Positions 8,267-17,377 of a DNA stretch of 64,000 nt are shown here, piece after piece. The stretch is from an uncultured bacterium (lineage in GTDB: Bacteria > Verrucomicrobiota > Kiritimatiellia > RFP12 > UBA1067). The translations under genes were made by a program, and so were the position numbers. The notes under the pieces are model-generated. The model was given only the letters and a program-made list of their open reading frames with translations. It did not search any database and was not told where the DNA came from. Position 1 is the first letter of the stretch. Each line of letters begins with the position of its first letter. The stretch spans positions 27,217 to 91,216 of the forward strand of contig CADCCW010000005.1 of NCBI GenBank assembly GCA_902800055.1. Direction: 5' to 3'.

Positions 8267-10461
8267 CAGAACCACCATCCTTTCGGGATCGGGAGCTCCT
8301 CGCCGTGCGTCATGCGCACGATGTCGGAGAGCACGTTGAAAGCCTCGTCGAGCACCACGTCGTCGCGCGAGCGCTCGTTGCGGCGGCGCCGCAGGGGCGG
8401 GAGGTCGGCGTCCTCCTCGTCGTCTCCTCCGTCCACGCCGTCGTCCTCTTCGTCGCCGTCGTCAAGCTCGCGGAGCGCGCGGTCGGCCGCGGCGAGATCT
8501 CTGCGCTCGGCATACCCGAGCGGAACCTCCTCGCGGTCGGCGAGGTCCTTCATCCCCTTCACGTTCGCCATGTGGCGCGAGTAGCGCTCGTTGCCCGAAA
8601 GCCGCGCGTCGGAAAGCCGCTTGAGGTCGGGAACGAGGGCGTGCATGTTCCAGCACAGGCGGTAGTCGGCGGGCGCGATGCGCGAGAACGGCAGCGCGTA
8701 GGTGAGCTTGTCCTCGCCGATGTCGAGCGAGTCGAGCAGCGACGGCAGGTGGATGTCGGCGGCCACGCCCTCGAGCTGGGTGGAGCGGCCGTCAATGCGG
8801 TAGAAGCGCGCGGTCGTGACCTTGCAGGAGCCGTACTTGTCGGGTCCAAGCCCCATCACCGTCTGCACCGTGCCCTTGCCGTGGGTACGCGCGTCTCCGA
8901 CCACCACCGCGCGGCCGGTGTCCTGCAAGTGGCCGGCCACGATCTCCGACGCGCTCGCGCTCGCGCGGTCGACCAGCACCACCAGCGGGCGGCGAAACGC
9001 CACCGGGTTGCCGGCGGGGATCGGCAGGCAGCCCGTCTGGCGGATGTCCTGTATCTGCACCACCGGGCCGGACTGCACGAAGAGCGCGGATAGCATCACC
9101 GCCTCGCGCAGCGAGCCGCCGCCGTTGCCCCTGAGGTCAAGGACAAGACCCGACACCCCCTCGGCGTTGAAGTCGGCGATCAGCTTGGCGACGTCCATTG
9201 CGCAACTGCGGTAGCCCTCGTCGAACGGACGCCGGTCCATAGTGCCGTAGAACCCGGGCAGGTTGACGTAGCCGAAGCGGTTGGTGACGCCGTCGAGGGC
9301 GACCGTCTCAACCCTGCCGGTGGCGGCCTGGTCCTCGAGCTTGATCTCGTCGCGGACGAGCTCGATCAGCTTCTTCGTAGCGCCGGTAGGATCGGAGCGG
9401 GGGACGATCTCGAGGGTGACGCGCGTCCCCTTGGGCCCGCGGATTTTCCTGATCGACTTCTTCATCGGCTGCCACATGACGTCTTCCATCTCGCCGTCCT
9501 GCTGCTGCACGCCGATGATCTTGTCGCCGCGCTTGATGCGCCCGTCGCGGTCGCAGGGGCTGCCGGGCAGCACCTCAACGACCTTCAGCGCCCCGTCGTC
9601 CATCGACAGCGTCGCCCCGATGCCGCAGAGGGTGAGGTTCATCTCCATGTCGAAGTCCTCGCGGGTGGTCGGGCTCATATAGTCGGAGTGCGGGTCGTAG
9701 GCGCGGCAGAACGCGGAGAGGTAGCGCTGAAGCACCGCCTCCTCGTCAGGCTCGGCCATCACCACCGCATACTGGCGGTACTTCTTGACCAGGTCGGCGG
9801 CAATCGTGCGGACGCGGTTGGTGGCGGTGTTGGCGGCGACGGCGGCGGAGTTCGTGGAGACGACGGCGACGTCATTCGTGGCGACGACGACGTTTGTGAC
9901 GGCGACAGCGTTGGTGGCGGACGCGGAATTCTCCACGTCGAGATCCTGGTTCACGAGGATCGACAGCACCTCGTTCTTCATCCGGCGGCGCCAGTGGTCC
10001 TCGGCCTCGGCCACGGTCTTCGGCCAGGGAGCGTCCTTGCGGCGCACGCGGTACGTCTCGTTGGTGGAGAAGTCGAACTCGGCCGTCATCAGCAGGTTAG
10101 TGGCGAACGCGAGCCGCTCGTCGAGGCGGCGGACATAGAGGTTGTACACCTCGAAGCCGAAGTCGACGTTGCCAGACTTGAGCTCGTCGTCAATTGAATC
10201 CATCCGCCCCGAAAGCCGGTCGAGGTCCTCCTGGAGGAACACGGAGTGGTCGAAGTCGTAGTAGGAGACGAGGTTCGTCCATGCCCGACGCGAGATCTCG
10301 TCGTCGGCGACGCGCTGCAGCACATGCGCCTTCTGCATCGTGTTCACCAGCCGCTCCGCGATGCGCCCGTCGTAGTTGCGCGGCTCGAGGTCGGTGGCCG
10401 CCGCAGCGGCCGCCGCCATACACGCAACCGCGAAAATCGTTGCCGTAGCCTTCGTCTCCAT
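8266..10461 (-). CDS. prc: Tail-specific (carboxy-terminal processing) protease, S41A, with PDZ
   Basis: Signal peptide METKATATIFAVACMAAAAAA, YDPHSDYM, GIGATL (PDZ), LVLDLRGNGGGSL, ASASEIVAG (catalytic Ser), THGKGTVQ (Lys). True start is 10461; the ORF-track extension overlaps the NERD gene. Confidence 0.92.
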   Translation of the reverse strand: METKATATIFAVACMAAAAAAATDLEPRNYDGRIAERLVNTMQKAHVLQRVADDEISRRAWTNLVSYYDFDHSVFLQEDLDRLSGRMDSIDDELKSGNVDFGFEVYNLYVRRLDERLAFATNLLMTAEFDFSTNETYRVRRKDAPWPKTVAEAEDHWRRRMKNEVLSILVNQDLDVENSASATNAVAVTNVVVATNDVAVVSTNSAAVAANTATNRVRTIAADLVKKYRQYAVVMAEPDEEAVLQRYLSAFCRAYDPHSDYMSPTTREDFDMEMNLTLCGIGATLSMDDGALKVVEVLPGSPCDRDGRIKRGDKIIGVQQQDGEMEDVMWQPMKKSIRKIRGPKGTRVTLEIVPRSDPTGATKKLIELVRDEIKLEDQAATGRVETVALDGVTNRFGYVNLPGFYGTMDRRPFDEGYRSCAMDVAKLIADFNAEGVSGLVLDLRGNGGGSLREAVMLSALFVQSGPVVQIQDIRQTGCLPIPAGNPVAFRRPLVVLVDRASASASEIVAGHLQDTGRAVVVGDARTHGKGTVQTVMGLGPDKYGSCKVTTARFYRIDGRSTQLEGVAADIHLPSLLDSLDIGEDKLTYALPFSRIAPADYRLCWNMHALVPDLKRLSDARLSGNERYSRHMANVKGMKDLADREEVPLGYAERRDLAAADRALRELDDGDEEDDGVDGGDDEEDADLPPLRRRRNERSRDDVVLDEAFNVLSDIVRMTHGEELPIPKGWWF

Positions 10462-11132
10462 CAGCCGTTCTCCATCAACCGCACCAGCCGGTCGAGCTCC
10501 GCCGGCGGCAGCACCGTCCGCACGGACGAGAAGCTGCTCTCGAGGAAGTTCGAGTTGATTATCACCACGCCGTTCGACTCGGCGACCTTGGCCTCGAAGG
10601 TGTCGGACGCGAAGGCGAGGACCGGCGTCACCTCGCCCTTCCAGCCGCGCTTGGCGAGCTCGTTCTTCACCGCCTCCGCCTCCTTCAGCACCTGCTTGAG
10701 CGGCGGGCGGTCGGTAAGCTGGCCGTCGAGCAGGATGTGCCCGTCGTCGAGGGTGACGCGCCCGTTCCAGAACTTGGTCTCGATCGCGAAGACGCCGGCC
10801 GGCCCCACCACCACGTGGTCGACGTGGCGGCCGCAGGCGACGAAGTCGTTGAAGACATGGTAGCCGTCGGGCAGCTTCTGGAGGATGCCGGCGACGCGCT
10901 CCTCGCCGCGCGCGCCCTTGAAGTAGCGCTCCACGTGGCGGAGCCCGCGCGCCAGCGTCACCGCGCACCAGACCGCCGCGACCACGAAGAGCGCGCACCC
11001 TACGACCGGGTAGCGGAGCGCCAGCGCCGCCGAGTAGCCGGCGACGAACACCCCGGCGAAAAGCGGCCACAGCCCGAACACCGTTCCCTTTACCCGGGCC
11101 CACTCGCCCGCCACTCCGTGGATTCCTGCCAT
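10461..11132 (-). CDS. NERD (nuclease-related domain) membrane protein
   Basis: Two TM helices, then GARGEERVAGIL...VDHVVVGPAGVFAIETKFWNG typical of NERD. Confidence 0.8.
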   Translation of the reverse strand: MAGIHGVAGEWARVKGTVFGLWPLFAGVFVAGYSAALALRYPVVGCALFVVAAVWCAVTLARGLRHVERYFKGARGEERVAGILQKLPDGYHVFNDFVACGRHVDHVVVGPAGVFAIETKFWNGRVTLDDGHILLDGQLTDRPPLKQVLKEAEAVKNELAKRGWKGEVTPVLAFASDTFEAKVAESNGVVIINSNFLESSFSSVRTVLPPAELDRLVRLMENG

Positions 11133-11157
11133 TTCCCTATTTCCCCTTTCCCCTTTC
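11132..11157. repeat. Degenerate heptamer tandem repeat (TTTCCCY), about 3.5 units, spanning the dxs stop and NERD start
   Basis: tttccct-a-tttcccc-tttcccc-tttc; encodes the dxs C-terminal ERGKGK. Confidence 0.5.
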
Positions 11158-12855
11158 GGCAACCAGCGCGGCGGCGATGGCTCCGGCGTCGAGCGAGAAC
11201 CTGCGCTCAAGCTCGTCCACCCGCCCGTGCGGGACAAACTCGTCCGGCCAGCCGAAGCGGAGGTCGGCGCCAATCGCCTCGCCGAAGCCGCCGGCGAGCG
11301 CGCAGTTCTCGATCGAGACGATTTTCATCCCCGCCGCGCGCTGCCGCGCAAGCCGCTCCGCGTCAAAGGGCTTGAGCGTGCGTGCGTGCACGACCTCGCA
11401 GCCGCCGACTTCCCCGGCGACGGCAATCGCCTTGGCAAGCGCGTCGCCCGGCGCCCAGATGGCGAAATCAGCCTTGTCCGGCGGCGACGGAACCTCCAGC
11501 TCGGCCGGCGCGGCGCCGCGCGGATACCGGATCACCGTCGGCCCGCCGCGGTCAAGCGCCTCGCCGAGCGCGGCGACGAGGTCTGGCGCGTCCTTCGGCT
11601 GCACGATCTCGAGGTTAGGCAAGCACCGGAGCATCGCGTAGTCGTAGAGTCCCTGGTGGGTCGTGCCGTCCGCGCCCACGATTCCCGCGCGGTCCACGCA
11701 GAGGACGACCGGCAGACGCGATATGCACACGTCGTGCATCACCTGGTCGACCGCGCGCTGCAGGAAAGTGGAGTAGACGGCAACGAAAGGACGGAGCCCG
11801 CCGGCGGCGAGCCCGGCGGCGAAGGCGACGAGGTGGCCCTCGGCGATGCCGACGTCGAAGAAGCGGTCCGGGAACTCACGTGCGAAGCCGGCAAGCCCGG
11901 TGCCGTCGCGCATGCCGGCGGTGAGCGCGACTACCCGCTCGTCCTTGCGCGCCAGCTCCGAAAGCGCCGCGCCGAACTCCTCCGACCAAGACTTCGCCCG
12001 CACGCCGAGGGTGACAGGCGCGACCGGCGAGACGCCGTGGTACTTCACCGGATCCTGCTCGGCCGGGGCGTATCCCTTGCCCTTGCGGGTGACGACATGC
12101 ACCAGCACCGAGCGCGGCTCGGCCTTCGCCGCGGCCAGCGCCGAGCGGAGCGCGGCGAGGTCGTGTCCGTCCACCGGCCCCAGGTAGTGGAGTCCGAACT
12201 GCTCGGACCAGACGTCGCCGAGCACCATCGACTTGAGGATGCGCTTGAACCAGTGGACCGGTCGGTAGAGGAACGAGAGCCGCAGCGCCCGCCCCGCCGC
12301 CTTGACCGCGTTCTTCGCCCGGTTGTAGCGGACGCCCGAGGTAAGCCGCGCGAGGACGCGCGAGAGGCTGCCGACGGAGCGGGAGATGGACATCTCGTTG
12401 TCGTTCAGCACCACGATCAGCTTCTTCGTCTCGGCGGCACAGTTGTTCAGTGCCTCGAACGAATGGCCGTTGGCCATCGACGCGTCGCCGACCACCGCCA
12501 CCACGTGCTCGCTGCCGCCGCGGCGGTCGCGCGCGGCGGCGAGACCGAGCGCCACCGAGAGCGCCGAGCCGGCGTGGCCGGCGACCGCCGCGTCGGCCGG
12601 GCTTTCCCTCGGGTCCAGAAACGGCGAAAGCCCGCCGAGGGTACGGATGGTGCCGAACTCGGCTCCGCGCCCGGTCAGGATCTTCCAGGCATATGCCTGG
12701 TGGCCGACATCCCACACGACGCGGTCACGGACAGGGTCGAACTCCTCGGCAAGCGCCATCGAAAGCTCCACCGCCCCGAGCGACGAGGCGAGGTGGCCGC
12801 CGTTGCGCAGCACGGTGGCGACGATCTGCTCGCGAATCTCCGCGGCCGATTGCAT
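11137..12855 (-). CDS. dxs: 1-deoxy-D-xylulose-5-phosphate synthase
   Basis: GGHLASSLGAVEL, WDVGHQAY, GHAGSALS, VVGDASM...LNDNEMSI, GPVDGHDL, KGKGY, FDVGIAE, DRAGIVGADGTTHQG. Confidence 0.95.
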   Translation of the reverse strand: MQSAAEIREQIVATVLRNGGHLASSLGAVELSMALAEEFDPVRDRVVWDVGHQAYAWKILTGRGAEFGTIRTLGGLSPFLDPRESPADAAVAGHAGSALSVALGLAAARDRRGGSEHVVAVVGDASMANGHSFEALNNCAAETKKLIVVLNDNEMSISRSVGSLSRVLARLTSGVRYNRAKNAVKAAGRALRLSFLYRPVHWFKRILKSMVLGDVWSEQFGLHYLGPVDGHDLAALRSALAAAKAEPRSVLVHVVTRKGKGYAPAEQDPVKYHGVSPVAPVTLGVRAKSWSEEFGAALSELARKDERVVALTAGMRDGTGLAGFAREFPDRFFDVGIAEGHLVAFAAGLAAGGLRPFVAVYSTFLQRAVDQVMHDVCISRLPVVLCVDRAGIVGADGTTHQGLYDYAMLRCLPNLEIVQPKDAPDLVAALGEALDRGGPTVIRYPRGAAPAELEVPSPPDKADFAIWAPGDALAKAIAVAGEVGGCEVVHARTLKPFDAERLARQRAAGMKIVSIENCALAGGFGEAIGADLRFGWPDEFVPHGRVDELERRFSLDAGAIAAALVAERGKGK

Positions 12856-12856
12856 C

Positions 12857-14431
12857 CTAAGGCGTCCCCCTTCCCGCCCCGGCCGCCTTGCGCCGCAGTA
12901 CCAGGAGCGTGGTGGCATTCTGCCCAAATGCCTCCTCGCGGTCGACCAGCTCGTAGTTGCGCTTTAGCATCTCCCAGTACTCGATCTGGCGCTCGACCGG
13001 ACGCTCGTCGCACTTCGGCGGATCGATGGCGAAGGCGTAGCCGGAGAACGCGGCGATTTCGCAGGGAGCTGACGAGAGGAGTTCATGCCATCGCTCGTCA
13101 CTGAGCATCGAGAACGGCCCCATCTCCAGCCCAGCCGGCACCTTGCGCCCAGTCTCGACGGCGAGGTAGAGGTCCTGGGTGAAGAGCTCGCTGCCGCCGG
13201 GATCGAGCGCCTCAATCCGCCGAGCGACATCTCTGAGCTGCTTCAATTCGGTCGCGCTCTTCTTGAGCGACCAGAAGCGGTCCTGTCCGTTCGTCGACCA
13301 GCGCTCCAAGAGCGGCGAGCCGAACGTCGACGCCCACGCAAGCCCAAGTACCAGCACCAGTCGCAGTCCTGCGGCCGCGGCGGCGCCGCGCGCAAACAAC
13401 GCCGCGGCGCATACGGTCAGCACCCCCATGACCGGCACCTGGTAGTCCTCGTATGGGAACGGGGCAAGCATCTGCACCGCAAAGACGGCGAGGAACGAGA
13501 CCGCCAGGAGCGGCAGCAGCGCGCGCGGCGCGGCTACGCGCAGCGGTTCGACGCCACCTCGGCGGGCGTTCAGCGCAAACACCACCCCCATGCCGAGGAC
13601 GACGAACATCGGCAGATACCAGCGCACGAGGCGCGAGACGCTGCCCACCGTCCAGACCGGATCAAAGCCGCCGCGCGCAGCATGGTAGCGTTGCGCGGCG
13701 ACGAGCCCGGCAAAGGCGTCGGCGTCCAGGAGGAACGGACCATAGACGAGCGCGAGCCCGCCGAAGCCGCCGATGCAAAAGGCGGCAAGCTCGCACCAGC
13801 GCCGGGAGACAAGCAGCCAGGTGCCTACGGTGCAGAGGAGGATGCCCAGCGAGATGCGCGTCCCCGCCGCGAACGCGAGGCTCAGCCCCGCGCCGATGCC
13901 AAAGGCGAAGACGGCCAGGCGCGATTTGCGCGCGCCGGACTCCGCCGGCAGGAATGATACGAGGAAGAACCCGACCGCAACGAAGAGCGAGGCGAGCGCG
14001 TAGGTCTTGGGAATGGCGATGTAGTAGAGGTGATAGAGGTTGGAGCCGAGCAGCATCGCCGTCGCCAGCGCGGCAAACGACCTGCCATCCCTCGGCGCCA
14101 GCCGCCGGGCGAGCGCGATGGCGAAGACGATGCCGACAAGGCCGATCGACAGGGTGAAGACTCGCGCGCCAAGGAGCCCGAAGCCGTTCCAGACCGCAGT
14201 GAAGGCGGAGTAAACAATCGGCATCAGCGGGCCCTGGGTGTAGAAGAAGTCGCGGTAGAGCATCTTCCCCTCCGCGACCAGGTTCGCCGCGTAGAGATAC
14301 CAGCCCTCGTCCTGGTTGAGCCCGCCCATCCAGACCGCGGCGAACGACAGCACCGCCGTGGCGAACACCGCGAGCGCCGCGAAGGCAACCGCCCCGAACG
14401 AACCTATCGGCCTCTCCTCTCCGTCAGACAT
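12857..14431 (-). CDS. Polytopic membrane protein, GT-C-type (ArnT/PMT-like) glycosyltransferase candidate
   Basis: About 12 TM helices; NQDEGWY acidic motif after TM1 followed by LYRDFFYTQGPL. Confidence 0.6.
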   Translation of the reverse strand: MSDGEERPIGSFGAVAFAALAVFATAVLSFAAVWMGGLNQDEGWYLYAANLVAEGKMLYRDFFYTQGPLMPIVYSAFTAVWNGFGLLGARVFTLSIGLVGIVFAIALARRLAPRDGRSFAALATAMLLGSNLYHLYYIAIPKTYALASLFVAVGFFLVSFLPAESGARKSRLAVFAFGIGAGLSLAFAAGTRISLGILLCTVGTWLLVSRRWCELAAFCIGGFGGLALVYGPFLLDADAFAGLVAAQRYHAARGGFDPVWTVGSVSRLVRWYLPMFVVLGMGVVFALNARRGGVEPLRVAAPRALLPLLAVSFLAVFAVQMLAPFPYEDYQVPVMGVLTVCAAALFARGAAAAAGLRLVLVLGLAWASTFGSPLLERWSTNGQDRFWSLKKSATELKQLRDVARRIEALDPGGSELFTQDLYLAVETGRKVPAGLEMGPFSMLSDERWHELLSSAPCEIAAFSGYAFAIDPPKCDERPVERQIEYWEMLKRNYELVDREEAFGQNATTLLVLRRKAAGAGRGTP

Positions 14432-15560
14432 CTCGACTCTCCTTTCCCGCGTCGCCGACTTCAAGCGACGGCTCGGCATCCATCCGCATCGCCTCATCAC
14501 CTTCGACGCGGCGACGCAGGCAGGCGAGGCCGGCGACCATCGCGCCATTGTCGCCAGTGTATTTCGGCAGCGCCGTCAGCATCGGCACCCCGGCCGCGCG
14601 GCACTCCTCCGCCAGCGTCTCGCGGATGCGCGAATTGAGCGAAACCCCGCCGCCAAGCACGAATGCGGAATAGCGCCTCCGCCGCAGCGCCGCGCGCACG
14701 CGCTCCGCAATCGCCGCGGCGATCGCCTCCTGGTAGCTGGCGACGACATGCGCAATCGCCGGAGTCGTCTCGTAGCCGCCCCAATCGCGCGTGCCGGAGC
14801 GGTCGTCGACGATCTCTGGGTGGCGCTGGACATGGCGCAGGAGCGCGGTCTTCAGCCCCGAAAAGGAAACGCACAGCTCCGCCGGCAGCCCCGAGAGCGC
14901 CGCCACGCCTTCGCGCGGACGCCCCTTCGGAAACGGCACCAGCGCGGCGGACGGATTCTCGCGGAGATAAGCGGCGGCGATGCGGTCGATCTTGAGCCCG
15001 CCGGGATAGCCAAGCCCCAGGAGCTTCGCCGCCTTGTCGAACGCCTCGCCGGCGGCGTCGTCCAGCGTCTCTCCGATGGTCTCGTAGCGTCCGTATTCCG
15101 GCATATCGACAAGCAGGGTATTGCCGCCCGAAACCACGAGACCAAGCGCGTGGCCGAGCTTGCGCGGGTCCGGCGCGGCGTAGGTGGCGTCAGCCGGCGA
15201 ATCAAAGAGGAACGGGGAATGGAGGTGTGCCTCGATGTGGTTGACGCCAACAAGCGGCACGCCAAGCGAAAGCGCAAGCCCCTTCGCAAAGTTGACGCCA
15301 ACGATGAGCGCCGGCGCGAGGCCGGGGCCGTAGGTGACCGCAACCGCGTCCACCTTGCCGCCCGCCGCGTCGATCGCGGAGCCAACCACCTGGCCGATCT
15401 TCTCGACGTGGGCGCGAGAGGCGATCTCCGGCACCACCCCGCCATAGGGGCTGTGGAGCGGGATCTGGGTGTAGACCACGCTGGAGACGACCTCGCGAGC
15501 GTCCCTCACCACCGCCGCCGCGGTTTCGTCGCAACTCGTCTCTATGCCGAGAACCGTCAA
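14424..15560 (-). CDS. tsaD: tRNA N6-adenosine threonylcarbamoyltransferase
   Basis: LGIETSCDETAAA, GGVVPEIASRAH, GPGL, NHIEAHL, VSGGNT, DDAAGEAFDK, SFSGLKT, GDNGAMVA; TTG start. Confidence 0.96.
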   Translation of the reverse strand: MTVLGIETSCDETAAAVVRDAREVVSSVVYTQIPLHSPYGGVVPEIASRAHVEKIGQVVGSAIDAAGGKVDAVAVTYGPGLAPALIVGVNFAKGLALSLGVPLVGVNHIEAHLHSPFLFDSPADATYAAPDPRKLGHALGLVVSGGNTLLVDMPEYGRYETIGETLDDAAGEAFDKAAKLLGLGYPGGLKIDRIAAAYLRENPSAALVPFPKGRPREGVAALSGLPAELCVSFSGLKTALLRHVQRHPEIVDDRSGTRDWGGYETTPAIAHVVASYQEAIAAAIAERVRAALRRRRYSAFVLGGGVSLNSRIRETLAEECRAAGVPMLTALPKYTGDNGAMVAGLACLRRRVEGDEAMRMDAEPSLEVGDAGKESRDV

Positions 15561-15578
15561 CGCCCAAATCCCCCTTCG

Positions 15579-16457
15579 CTACCAGAACTTCCACCATGGG
15601 TTCTGCTTCGGCTTCACCCCACCCTCGCGGTAGAGCTCGCGCACGCTCTGCGTGCCAGCCGTCGCCGGGTCGAGCACCGCGCTGCGGCCGCGGAACTCGA
15701 GCGCGTCCGGCAGCGACCAGAACTCGCTGCGCACGAACTGGTCCTGGTTGAGCCGGTGCAGGACGAAGACCTTGCCGTCGCCGCAGACGCTGATCGTCGG
15801 CCGGTCGATGCGGAGGATGGGCCCCAGGTCGGAGGTGCGCCATCGCCGCCCGTTCGAGTCCTTCGCCTTCAGGAAGACGTGCTCGCTGCGGCCGCGCGAC
15901 CAGTAGACCAGGGAGAACTCGCGCTGAAGCGAGCCGCGCGAAGCGAACATCTGCATCGCGCTGGCGGCGCGCACGCCCTCAACGATGTCGAACACGCGCG
16001 GCTGCCCCTCGTAGCGCACGCCGGCATGCACCAGGACCGGCTTGGCCATATAGCGGTTGGGCTCGATGAGCGGGAAGTGGTCGCCGAGGAAGGTCTCGAG
16101 CTTCTGCCCCTCGCCGGTCGCCGCCGCGAAGTCGGCGACGAACGCACCCTTGGAGATCTTCTGGAGCTGGTGCATGTCGCCGGTACGGTAGACCTCGATG
16201 AAGAACCGGTCGTTGACGTTGTACTCGCCGCGGACGACGCGGTTGGTTTCGTCCCCACCCCACACGCGCACCCTGCCGCCGATGCCAATCGTATCAGGCG
16301 ACGAGTTGGCGATGTCCACCACCGCCCGCACGCGCTCGCCCGAGACGTAGTCGGAGGCGTCCATTCGGAGATTGACCGTGATTTCGCTGATCGCCGCGGC
16401 AAACGCCGCGGGCAAAGCCGCCACCGCGACCAGCAGAGAAAACATGGGCTTCCTCAT
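15579..16457 (-). CDS. Hypothetical exported protein
   Basis: 292 aa with signal peptide MRKPMFSLLVAVAALPAAFAA; codon usage like its neighbours; coupled (ATGA) to the upstream gene. Confidence 0.7.
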   Translation of the reverse strand: MRKPMFSLLVAVAALPAAFAAAISEITVNLRMDASDYVSGERVRAVVDIANSSPDTIGIGGRVRVWGGDETNRVVRGEYNVNDRFFIEVYRTGDMHQLQKISKGAFVADFAAATGEGQKLETFLGDHFPLIEPNRYMAKPVLVHAGVRYEGQPRVFDIVEGVRAASAMQMFASRGSLQREFSLVYWSRGRSEHVFLKAKDSNGRRWRTSDLGPILRIDRPTISVCGDGKVFVLHRLNQDQFVRSEFWSLPDALEFRGRSAVLDPATAGTQSVRELYREGGVKPKQNPWWKFW

Positions 16458-17344
16458 CCGAGACCTCCCTTCGTCAACTTGATTTCCAGCCCGTCGTACG
16501 CCGGCTCCGCGCAGGTACCCTTAAGGCGCAAAAGCCAGTCGGCGTGCGAAATGTCGTGGCACATATGGACAAGATACGCCTTCTTCGGTGCAATGGCCTG
16601 AAGATAGCCGAGCGCCCGTTCGAGGCTCAGGTGCGTCGGGTGCTCGCGCTCCCGAAGGCAGTTGAGGACCATGACATCGACGCCCTTCACACGCTCCACC
16701 GTCGCGTCCGGGAGACCGTGACAGTCGCTAATGTACGCAATCGACCGTTCACCATCCCCCATTCCCTGTTCCCCGTTCCCCGTTCCCCATTCCCTAAACA
16801 AATATCCACAGCATGGAAATCCGTGCTCGACCTTGAGCCGTTCGACGCGGACAGTGCCGATCGAGAACGTCTCGGCGGAGTCGAACTCGATCTGGGGTCG
16901 GAAGAGCCCGTTCGCGCCGCCCTTCCCGCTGATGTACGGGAAGATCCGGTGCATCTGCTCGATTGTCTCCTCCATCGCGTAGCAGGGCATCGGCTTGCCG
17001 ACAATGCGGTAGGGAAGCCCGCGGTAGAGCGGATCGCCCGGCTCGCACGGCACTTTCTCGCCGTTCAGCGTGTTGAAGCGGCGGAGGTCGTCGAACCCGG
17101 CCACATGGTCCATGTGCGCATGGGTGAGGACAACCGCGTCGACCTTGGAGACACCCAGCTCCACGCACGCGAGCCGAAGCTCGGGCGGGGTGTCAATGAG
17201 GAACGCCGCGCCGTCCGCCGCGGTCACGTACGCGCCGCAGCGCCGACGCCGGTCGCGCGGATCGAGCGAGGTGCAGACCGGGCACTTGCACCCGATCTGC
17301 GGCACGCCGACCGAAGTCCCCGTCCCTAGAAAGCGAAACGTCAA
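16454..17344 (-). CDS. MBL-fold metallo-hydrolase (PhnP/YycJ-like)
   Basis: FLGTGTSVGVP, LIDTPPELR, LTHAHMDHVAG, SDC, HPTHLS, HMCHD; contains a microsatellite-encoded insert. Confidence 0.88.
   Translation of the reverse strand: MTFRFLGTGTSVGVPQIGCKCPVCTSLDPRDRRRRCGAYVTAADGAAFLIDTPPELRLACVELGVSKVDAVVLTHAHMDHVAGFDDLRRFNTLNGEKVPCEPGDPLYRGLPYRIVGKPMPCYAMEETIEQMHRIFPYISGKGGANGLFRPQIEFDSAETFSIGTVRVERLKVEHGFPCCGYLFREWGTGNGEQGMGDGERSIAYISDCHGLPDATVERVKGVDVMVLNCLREREHPTHLSLERALGYLQAIAPKKAYLVHMCHDISHADWLLRLKGTCAEPAYDGLEIKLTKGGLG
16748..16796. repeat. Heptamer tandem repeat (TTCCCCR-like) x7, in-frame inside the MBL hydrolase
   Basis: ttcacca tccccca ttccctg ttccccg ttccccg ttcccca ttcccta; encodes REWGTGNGEQGMGDGE. 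Confidence 0.85.
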
Positions 17345-17349
17345 CTCCG

Positions 17350-17377
17350 TTCCCCGTTACCCGTTCCCCACTCTCCG
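17350..17377. repeat. Heptamer tandem repeat (TTCCCCR-like) x4, filling the intergenic gap
   Basis: ttccccg ttacccg ttcccca ctctccg between the MFS stop (17378) and the MBL start (17344). Confidence 0.75.
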
